64,000 nucleotides of DNA, from positions 128,001 through 192,000 of the forward strand of contig CAWGIE010000011.1 of the NCBI GenBank assembly GCA_963822585.1. Reading direction: 5' to 3'. Origin of the DNA: an uncultured bacterium. GTDB taxonomy: Bacteria; Auribacterota; Erginobacteria; Erginobacterales; Erginobacteraceae. This document shows, in pieces, positions 40,283-48,233 of the stretch. The position numbers were made by a program, and so were the translations under genes. Positions within the stretch are counted from its first letter, which is position 1; every line of letters begins with the position of its first letter. The notes below the pieces were generated by a model that was not told the DNA's origin, made no database searches, and worked only from the letters and a program-made list of their open reading frames with translations.

Positions 40283-41406
40283 CACACTATTCCCACCCAC
40301 CAGAGAATAATACCCGTGAGGAGAAGGTGGCCGAAAAGAGGGTAGAGAAAGAGCCGGTCCCGGGAGCGGGCGAAATTTACGATCAGAAGAACCGCGCCGG
40401 GCAAGAGTACCCTTCCGTAACTCCAGGGTTCCACCCAGACACTTCCGGTCAAAAAAAGAGGGAAGAGGGCATAAACCAGGAAACAGAGACTGACCTCGTC
40501 TTTCTCCCGGAAGAATTCCCTGACGGCCAGATAGAGAGTGAGAAGGGAAACGGCGAGCAGAATGAGCAGGTATGATTTCTCGCTCCATCTCCCTCCAGCC
40601 GTCAGGAGCGTTCTTCCATAGGATATCATCCCCTCCAGGGGCGCCCCGAAGTTTCCTGCCCCTCCCCGCCAGGGCCGGTCCCGGAATCGAAAAAAGACAT
40701 ACCCGATCCAGAGCAGGAAAGGGACAAACGAAGCGGCCAGGGCCCCCAGCCGTCCCGGGTCACGGCGGCGGTCGAGGAGCGCGAAGAGGAGGTAGATAAG
40801 GGGAACCACGATCACCACTTCTTTGGCCAGCAGGGCGGCGGCGAAGAATACAGCCCCTGGACAGGGTTTCCGGTGCGAGAAAAAATAGATGCCCCCGACC
40901 AGGAAGCCCATTGCCACCGGGGCGGCCAGGTCGCGGAGCACGCAGAGGATAAAACCGCTGAGAAGCCCGTATACACAGGCGTACCAGGGACTCTTCCCTC
41001 CCCTCGCCAGCATCCTGGCCACAAAAAAACTGCCCATCAGAACCGCGGCCAGATTGACGATGATCAGCAGCAGGGGGATCCATTCCGTATTTCCGAGAGC
41101 AAGCAGAGCGGCCAGCCAGGGATAGAGGATGCGCCCGTACCGGTAGGCCGGAACATCCATCCGACCCCATCTCTGCTGCCGGATCAGGGGATTGCGAGCC
41201 GCGTAGAGGAAAAACTGGCCGTCATAGCCCTCGCTGTCGGCAATGACCACGCTGGCGGGAGGAAGGTCGGAGAAGGCGAACTGGTCGCCGATACAGGCGA
41301 ATCCGCTCGGATGAAAGCCGAACCGGCCGGCATAGAGCGTGACCACCGCGGCGTAGAAACTGAATATGACCAGCAACACCGTCGGAATGGGACGGATGTT
41401 TTTCAC
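40282..41406 (-). CDS. Multi-TM cell-surface glycopolymer or GT-C-like protein
   Basis: GYDGQFF, YRYGRILYPWLA, LAKE motifs. Confidence 0.65.
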   Translation of the reverse strand: MKNIRPIPTVLLVIFSFYAAVVTLYAGRFGFHPSGFACIGDQFAFSDLPPASVVIADSEGYDGQFFLYAARNPLIRQQRWGRMDVPAYRYGRILYPWLAALLALGNTEWIPLLLIIVNLAAVLMGSFFVARMLARGGKSPWYACVYGLLSGFILCVLRDLAAPVAMGFLVGGIYFFSHRKPCPGAVFFAAALLAKEVVIVVPLIYLLFALLDRRRDPGRLGALAASFVPFLLWIGYVFFRFRDRPWRGGAGNFGAPLEGMISYGRTLLTAGGRWSEKSYLLILLAVSLLTLYLAVREFFREKDEVSLCFLVYALFPLFLTGSVWVEPWSYGRVLLPGAVLLIVNFARSRDRLFLYPLFGHLLLTGIILWWVGIV

Positions 41407-42089
41407 TTCCAGGAGATAGTGGTAACCCCTTCCAGGCGGGAAAGAAGGTCAACCACCCGGGGACCGCACATCTCGTCCCGGTACCTGACGACAAAATGCA
41501 GGGTGGTTAGCCCGGCGCGCGGATCGAAATCCAGACCGTAGCTCTTTACCTGGAGACCGAGGCCGGGCAGAAGCTCCTGAACGCGGTGGAAGAGGTCGCT
41601 CCTCCCCTTCCCCTCCAGGGAGATTTCCGCGAAGTAGTACGTGGATATCCGAAGCCGGCCCAGGATGAGAAGGGTGCCCAGCACCAGGAGAGTAACGGCC
41701 GTGGCCAGAACGCTCTCTCCCAGCCCCAGGGCGATCCCGATCGCCGCCACCACCCAGATGGAAGCGGCGGTGGTCAGGCCCATCACGAAGTCCTTCCCCT
41801 TGATGATCGTCCCCGCCCCCAGGAAACCGATGCCGGTGATGATCCCGGCGGCCGCCCGCGCGGGGTCCATCCGGATCATCCCCGATTCGTTCCCGAGCAC
41901 GGCCTGCAGCCGCTGGAAGGCGATGATCATCCCGGCCGACCCCAGACAGACCAGGATATGCGTCCGCAGCCCGGCCGGCCGGCCGTGATGCTGACGCTCG
42001 CCCCCGATCAGTCCTCCGTAGAGCACCGCCAGCGCCAGCTGGAGGAGGAACCACCAACCATGATCACTGATAAAGGAGAACTCATTCAT
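41403..42089 (-). CDS. MgtC/SapB family protein
   Basis: IGGERQ, PAGLRTHILVCLG, ITGIGFLGAG, GLTTAASIW. Confidence 0.92.
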   Translation of the reverse strand: MNEFSFISDHGWWFLLQLALAVLYGGLIGGERQHHGRPAGLRTHILVCLGSAGMIIAFQRLQAVLGNESGMIRMDPARAAAGIITGIGFLGAGTIIKGKDFVMGLTTAASIWVVAAIGIALGLGESVLATAVTLLVLGTLLILGRLRISTYYFAEISLEGKGRSDLFHRVQELLPGLGLQVKSYGLDFDPRAGLTTLHFVVRYRDEMCGPRVVDLLSRLEGVTTISWK

Positions 42090-42121
42090 ATTATTAATTA
42101 GCGCCTTCGGCACTACTTTTA

Positions 42122-42219
42122 ACCACGAAGGACACGAAGACCACGAAGAGATTCGAGAAAAATATAAATAATTAATACATTTCCCTACCTTTCTTCGTGT
42201 CCTTCGTGTTCTTCGTGGT
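42122..42219. repeat. Element with inverted (CACGAAGnn)x3 arms, copy F
   Basis: ACCACGAAGGACACGAAGACCACGAAG ... CTTCGTGTCCTTCGTGTTCTTCGTGGT. Confidence 0.85.
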
Positions 42220-42268
42220 GATTATCTATTTTTTCTAGGTTTTGTTATTCCGACGCAGGGAAAGGCTT

Positions 42269-43417
42269 CTAATCGGCATTGATCAGTTCTTCGTACATCT
42301 TCCGGGTTTTTTCGGCGATCGACTCCCAGCTGAAGTAGTCTTCCACCCGGCGGCGGCCGTTCTTCCCCATGGCGGCGGCCTTTTCCGGGTTAAGGAGGAG
42401 ACCGTTAACGGCGGCCGCGATCTGATCCGGCTGGCCCGGTTCCACCAGAAGCCCGGTCTCCTCCGGGACCACCACTTCCTTGATCCCGCCGACCGCGCTC
42501 GCCACCACCGGCGTCTCGCAGGCCATCGCTTCCAGGTTGATGATCCCGAACGGCTCATAGACTGACGGGCAGATGAAAACCCGGGCCGAGGAATAAAGCT
42601 CGATATTTTTTTCGTCGCCCAGATTTTCGTGGATCCAGACGATGTTCTTCTTGCCCTTCACTTTCTCTATCATCCGGTTTTCGTAATCCCGGGTATCCGC
42701 GCCGACGGCTTCGAAAACAACCTGGACCGGAATATCATCGGCGGCGTCGATCAGGTATTCCATCCCCTTCTGGGCGGTCGGGCGGCCGACAAAAAGAACA
42801 TAATCTTCGGCGATGCCGTACCGTTCCCGGAGTTCCCGGCTGAGAGGGCGCCGTTTCCAGGTCTTGAGGTCGATCCCGTTGTGGATCACCGCGATCCGGT
42901 CCGGATCGACGGAAAAGTTGTTCAGAATATCCTCCTTCATCATCCGGGAGACGGCGACCACCCGGTCGGCGTTCTCCAGGCCGACCTTTTCGATCCAGGA
43001 GCTGACATAATATCCTTCCGCCAGTTGATCGACCTTCCAGGGACGGAGCGGCTCCAGGCTGTGACTGGTCGCCACATAGGGAACGTTATAAAGTTTCTTG
43101 GCCCAGAACCCCGCCAAGTGGGCGTACCAGGTGTGGGTATGGACGACATCGGCGTCGATCCGGTTCATCAGGATCAGGAGGTCGGTGAAGATGGTATTGA
43201 AGAGAGAATCGAACTTGGGCTGATCAGCGCAGTGGAGCTTGGGATCCGGCTGATAGCCGGTCACCTGCAACGAACCGCTTTTCAGACGCTGGTCTCCGAA
43301 ACAGCGGATGTCGACCTCCATCATCTCCGCCAGGCAGCGGGCCAGTTCCCGGATATGGACGCCAGCGCCCCCGTAGACGTTGGGCGGATATTCCCTGGTG
43401 ATAAATGTAACTTTCAT
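42269..43417 (-). CDS. glgA: GT4 actinobacterial-type GlgA/GlgM (alpha-maltose-1-phosphate synthase)
   Basis: TREYPPNVYGGAGVH, HTHTWYA, HSLEPLRPWK, CPSVYEPFGIINLEAMAC. Confidence 0.9.
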   Translation of the reverse strand: MKVTFITREYPPNVYGGAGVHIRELARCLAEMMEVDIRCFGDQRLKSGSLQVTGYQPDPKLHCADQPKFDSLFNTIFTDLLILMNRIDADVVHTHTWYAHLAGFWAKKLYNVPYVATSHSLEPLRPWKVDQLAEGYYVSSWIEKVGLENADRVVAVSRMMKEDILNNFSVDPDRIAVIHNGIDLKTWKRRPLSRELRERYGIAEDYVLFVGRPTAQKGMEYLIDAADDIPVQVVFEAVGADTRDYENRMIEKVKGKKNIVWIHENLGDEKNIELYSSARVFICPSVYEPFGIINLEAMACETPVVASAVGGIKEVVVPEETGLLVEPGQPDQIAAAVNGLLLNPEKAAAMGKNGRRRVEDYFSWESIAEKTRKMYEELINAD

Positions 43418-43476
43418 AAAAACCCCTTATTGTACACAGAGCCCGTACAAAGATCCGGGCCATTGTTATAGAACAC

Positions 43477-43575
43477 TGGAATGTTGGAGTACTGGAGTAC
43501 TGGAGTACTGGAGTGATGAGGGCACCGGCCCGGCGGCTTTCCATCACTCCATTATTCCATCACTCCATCACTCCA
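43477..43575. repeat. Element with inverted 9-bp (TGGAGTnnn) arms, copy 2
   Basis: TGGAATGTTGGAGTACTGGAGTACTGGAGTACTGGAGTGA ... CCATCACTCCATTATTCCATCACTCCATCACTCCA. Confidence 0.85.
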
Positions 43576-43622
43576 TTATTATTTCCTCTTTCATTTTAAC
43601 CCAGCGGGATATCGCATCTTTC

Positions 43623-45337
43623 TCAGATCCCGCCTGACTCTATCCTCATTATCGCCGCCGGCTCGACTTCCGGATCGAGGGTAATATATTGCTCCCGCCC
43701 TTTCCATGTCATCCGCTTCCCCGAGATCAGTTCCCGGACCCGGTACTTCTCGTCGGAGGAGATCCCGAACTGTTCGACCGGGACCGTGATCCGGCCGGTA
43801 TGCGCGTGGAAGGGATCGAGGTTGACCGCGACCAGTATCCGGTTGCTCCCGTCCGGTGAGACTTTACCGTAAAAGAGGATGGCGTCGTCGGTCGAACTGA
43901 AGAAACGGAGATTTCCGTAATAGTGAAGCGCGGGATTTTGAACCCGGATCCGGTTCAGTTTCCCGATGTAGCCCTTGATATTCCCCGGCTTGTTCCAGTC
44001 CCTGACCCTGATCTCGTATTTCTCCGAGTTGAGATAGGATTCCTTCCCGGGGACGAGCGGCTCGTGCTCCAGAAGTTCGTACCCGCTGTACATCCCGTAG
44101 ACGGATGAGATGGTGGAGGCCAGAGCGATCCTCATCTTGAAGGCCGGTTTCCCTCCTTTCTGGAGAATCTCCGGCAGAATATCGGGGGTGTTCACGAAAC
44201 AGTTGACCCGCAGGAATTCCTTCAGATAGGTCTGCGTCAGCTTGGTGAAGTACTCGATCAATTCATTCTTGGTGGTGCGCCAGGTAAAATAACTGTATGA
44301 CTGGGAAAAGCCGGCGAGGGCCAGTTCCTCGAGCTTGTCGTAATCGGTGAACGCCTCGGCCAGGAAAACCGTCTCCGGATAGACCTCTTTCACTTCCCGG
44401 ATCAGCCACTCCCAGAACCCGGTCGGCTTGGTATGGGGATTATCCACCCGGAAGGACTTTACCCCGTTCTCGATCCAGAAGATAAAGATCTTCTTGATCT
44501 CCTCCCACATCAACTCCCGGTCTTCCGGGTCGAAATTCAACGGGCAGACGTCCTCATATTTCTTGGGTGGGTTCTCGGCGTAACGGATGGTGCCGTCCGG
44601 ATTATGAAAAAACCAGTTTGGATGCTCCGTGATCCAGGGGTGGTCCGGCGAGCAGTTGCTGGTAAAGTCAAGAGCGATCCCGAAGCCGGCCCGGTCGGCG
44701 GCTTTCACGAAACGGCGAAAATCATTCAGGGTCCCCAGCTGCGGATGAACGGCGGTATGACCCCCGGCCGCGCTGCCGACCGACCAGGGAACGCCAGGTT
44801 CCCCGGGCCGGGCGGTCAGACTGTTGTTCTTCCCTTTCCGGTTGGTCTTCCCGATCGGATGAATGGGAGGGAGATAGAGGAAATTGAACCCCATCCTCCG
44901 GATATCGGGCAGCCGCCGTTCCGCGTCCCGGAAGGTCCCGTATTTTCCCCGGACCTTCCCCGAGGAACGGGGAAAAACTCGTACCAGGCGGCAAACCGGG
45001 ACCGGGGCGGCTCCACGTAGACCTCCAGGTCGTGACGGTACCGCACCGCGACCGGGGCGGAACGGACCTCGATGGAATACTGGTAGATACCCGCTTCCGG
45101 GAAGAGAACCTCTCCCCGGACGCCCGGTCCGGCAGTCCGGCACATGGGGACCGCCTTCCAGGCGGTCTCGATGGGATATCGCATCCGGTGAAGAAGGTAA
45201 ACCCGTCCCCCGGGAGGGGCGTAAATGTCGGCCGTTACCACCAGCGGCCGATCCGTCTCTCTCTTGATCGGATATCTGCCTCCGACCAGCTCCGGAAAGA
45301 CATTGCGGATAATCTCCCCCCTTCGTTCTTCTTTCAT
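43623..45337 (-). CDS. glgE: Alpha-1,4-glucan:maltose-1-phosphate maltosyltransferase GlgE, frameshifted at ~44970
   Basis: N-part GGRYPIKRE...AAWYEFFP; C-part RS...LYLPPIHPIG, RKGKNN, AENPPKKYED, FRVDNPHTKP, FLAEAFT. One C is missing from TTC CCC CGT. Confidence 0.9.
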
Positions 45338-45618
45338 CTATTCAGCCTCTTCATGGGAATGGATGTTCTTGTCTGATGTACGGGAAGGCCCGCGGCCGGA
45401 AAAAGCCGGGGCGCCGTCAATTCTGGGCACTATAGTGAAGTGCGGGCGGTTTCTCAAGCATAAATTAGCCGCGGCGGCGATCATTGAGTGAATTTGAACA
45501 TTTAGGGGCTCTCGCCCCGGTAAATTGGATTTGCCGATTTCAGGGAACGTGCTATTTTACTGTTTCGGCATTTTAACAACGGTGGCGCGAAGTGTATGAT
45601 GTAACGGCAAAGGTTCCA

Positions 45619-45786
45619 TTACGCATTACACATTACACTTTACACTACAAGTTACGCCGGAGGCGCTAACTTGCCGTTTCGGAATTTCAATAAAGCTGTG
45701 TAAAGTATCAGGTGTCAGGTGTAAAGATCCATTACACTTTACACTTTAAACTTTACACTACAAGTTACGCCGGAGGCGCTAACTTG
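45619..45786. repeat. 7-bp (TTACACT) arms plus two copies of the hairpin CAAGTTACGCC-GGA-GGCGCTAACTTG
   Basis: TTTACACTACAAGTTACGCCGGAGGCGCTAACTTG occurs twice here; a third copy is inverted at 50682-50726. Confidence 0.85.
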
Positions 45787-45789
45787 TAT

Positions 45790-47229
45790 ATGGGGATCAT
45801 ACAGCGATATATCGGCAGGAGCTTGCTGGGGACCTTCCTGATCACGCTCTCGGTTCTCACCGGCATCCTCTGCCTGGGGAATCTCCTCAAGATCGCCGAT
45901 CTCATCCTGAAAGGGATGGATCCGATTTTGATCATGCGCTTCTTCGGTTTCCTGCTCATCGGTCTCCTCGAGTTCGCCATCCCGATATCCATTCTGACCA
46001 CCTCCATCCTGGTTTTCGGGAGACTCTCCGCGGACAACGAGATCACCGGGATGCGGGCCAGCGGGATCGGGCTTTTGCACATCACGACCCCGGTTTTCAT
46101 CCTCGGCTTTCTCCTGACGCTGATCTGCCTTTACCTCCAAAATACAGTGATACCGACTTACGGTTTCGCCACCCGGAAATTAAAGGCCGAGATCGGGATC
46201 AAGGATCCGGACGCCCTCCTCCAGCCGGGCGTGATCATCGAGTTCCCCGGGTACACGATCAACTTCGACCACAAGGAGAATGGGTTCCTTTATAAAGTCC
46301 AGATCAATCAATACAAGGACAAGGAGCTGGCCAGCACCATTTTCGCCCGGAGCGCGGAGATCGAGCTGGACAAGGAAAGTGAGGGGTTCACCCTGAAACT
46401 GCACGACGGAACGGTGGAGGAGATCACCGACCCCCAGAACCCCCAGATCCGGACCACCACTACTTTCGGTGTCTTTCTTTACCCGATCAGCCTGCAAGCC
46501 CTCTACGAGAAATCCCGGATCACCGATGATGAAAAGCGCATCAAGGACATGACCCGAAGCGAACTGCTCAAAACAAGAAAGGAATACGTGGCCCAGAGGG
46601 CGGAAAACCAGCGCCAGCAGGCGGCAATCGGGAAAGAGATAGAGGAGACCGCGAGACAGGACCGGCTCCTCCTGGTGAAGGCGGAAGACTTTATCCGGGA
46701 GTTGAGCGCGCGTTTCTTCCGGGAGCAGTATCTTTCCGGAGGAGAAGCCCCTTCCATTGTCCGGGAACGGCTCCTGATCGCCGGATCGGAATCGATCCCA
46801 GCTCAAACGGAATTGACTCGCAATAAAACAGCGGAGGAATGGGACTCCCTGCTGGAACGGATCGCCGCCACGGATCAGGAGCTCGATGGCCTGCGCCGGA
46901 AACGGGAGGGCCTCCTGGCGGAAGAGGAGGAAATCCGGAGCGAGATTTCCGCCTACACCACCGAGGTGCACAAGCGCCTCTCCCTCTCCGTAGCCTGCCT
47001 CTCCCTGATCTTCATCAGCGTTCCCCTGGCCATCAAAGCCCACCGCAGTGAAAAGACGATCGGGATGGCGATAAGCCTGGCTCTGACTTTTATCTACTAC
47101 ATCTTTATCGCTTACGCCGAAGCGGTGGCGGACGATTACCGCCTCTTCCCCTACCTGGTCGTCTGGGTGCCGAACATCCTCTTTATCGTCTTCGGGACGC
47201 TCTGGACGATGAAGTTCACCCGGATCTAA
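45790..47229 (+). CDS. LptF/LptG family LPS export permease with a long helical insertion
   Basis: IIQRYI, FGRLSADNEITGMRASGIG, EVHKRLSLSVACL, WVPN. Confidence 0.88.
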   Translation: MGIIQRYIGRSLLGTFLITLSVLTGILCLGNLLKIADLILKGMDPILIMRFFGFLLIGLLEFAIPISILTTSILVFGRLSADNEITGMRASGIGLLHITTPVFILGFLLTLICLYLQNTVIPTYGFATRKLKAEIGIKDPDALLQPGVIIEFPGYTINFDHKENGFLYKVQINQYKDKELASTIFARSAEIELDKESEGFTLKLHDGTVEEITDPQNPQIRTTTTFGVFLYPISLQALYEKSRITDDEKRIKDMTRSELLKTRKEYVAQRAENQRQQAAIGKEIEETARQDRLLLVKAEDFIRELSARFFREQYLSGGEAPSIVRERLLIAGSESIPAQTELTRNKTAEEWDSLLERIAATDQELDGLRRKREGLLAEEEEIRSEISAYTTEVHKRLSLSVACLSLIFISVPLAIKAHRSEKTIGMAISLALTFIYYIFIAYAEAVADDYRLFPYLVVWVPNILFIVFGTLWTMKFTRI

Positions 47230-47390
47230 TTGAGACGATCATTTGAAAGACTGCAGCGAGCGACGCCCCATCTGATCGAAAACGCCCTCACGTACCCTCC
47301 CGCTGCCGTGGAAATATCCCTTTTCCGCCTCACCCGTTCACTGACCGGCTCTCGGGAGCGAACGCTTCGTCCCCCGGCCGGTGAGCGGAC

Positions 47391-47428
47391 ATTGCCGTTT
47401 TGTAATCTTCCGGCAATCCCTCGGTAAT
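47391..47428 (+). promoter_or_regulatory. Putative CusR/CopR-type regulator box, site 1
   Basis: ATTGC-CGTTT-TGTAAT-CTTCCG-GCAAT-CCCTCG-GTAAT: inverted pair plus 11-bp-spaced direct repeats. Confidence 0.6.
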
Positions 47429-47489
47429 CTCCCCTTGATAGAGTGGTGTCATTTAATAACCTCCTCCTGTCCTGGGGAGAGGGAGTCTC

Positions 47490-48071
47490 ATGTCTGGAAC
47501 ACCACCGAAAACACGGATAATTTCCGCCGGAAGAAACCGATTCAAATCCGCGCTCAGGGAGGCACTTCCGGTCCTTCTACTGACCCTGCTCCTGCTGCCG
47601 GCGCGGTGCGCCTCCGAAAGCCGGAAAGAACTCCCGCCCTGCGTGGTGGTGGACATCGACAGCACCATAACCGATGGCCGATTTCAAAAGCGCGTCTCAA
47701 AAAAAGTCCCGCTTTCGACCGCCCAGGACGCTCTGCGGAGCATCGAGGAGGACGGCGTCAGGATCATTTATCTCAGCAAGCGTTTTGAATGGATGCGAGA
47801 TAATACGGTGCAATGGCTGGCAACATGCGGTTTTCCGGGCGGAGAAGAAGTTATTCTCAGAGAAAACCCCAAGGAAAAGGGTTACAACTTCAAGCTGCGG
47901 GAACTGGAAAAGATTCAGAAAAAGTTCCGTGTTCTCTGCGGATTCGGCAATCCGGATGACGATAAAATCTATCGCCGGGCCGGGATTAAAGCGATTATCC
48001 GGGGGGTCTGGCAGGACAAGGACTGGGTAGAGGTACAGGACAACCTGAACCAGATCCTGGGAGAGCAATAG
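47490..48071 (+). CDS. Exported HAD-like phosphatase (LNS2/lipin-like DxDxT), paralog 1
   Basis: VVDIDSTITD, IIYLSKR, FKL, GFGNPDD; hydrophobic N-terminal segment. Confidence 0.75.
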   Translation: MSGTPPKTRIISAGRNRFKSALREALPVLLLTLLLLPARCASESRKELPPCVVVDIDSTITDGRFQKRVSKKVPLSTAQDALRSIEEDGVRIIYLSKRFEWMRDNTVQWLATCGFPGGEEVILRENPKEKGYNFKLRELEKIQKKFRVLCGFGNPDDDKIYRRAGIKAIIRGVWQDKDWVEVQDNLNQILGEQ

Positions 48072-48233
48072 CGGGAGCTTATTCGAAAAGCTTGCTCTCT
48101 CCAAGATCCTGCGATCTAACCCTATTTACTTATCAATCGGCTCAAGAACCTTTGGAGATTGATATGATGCCCTCCAGGTTTTTACCGCTGGTAGAGGTGT
48201 GGTGTGGATGCCTCTTGGCCCCCGGAACGAAAT

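Noticed and set aside
45712..45789. N-terminal extensions of lptF/G (and similarly 50643-50744, 10490-10528, 38614-38658, 42090-42113)
   Set aside because: They are read through intergenic repeats or hairpins; downstream ATGs match family starts.
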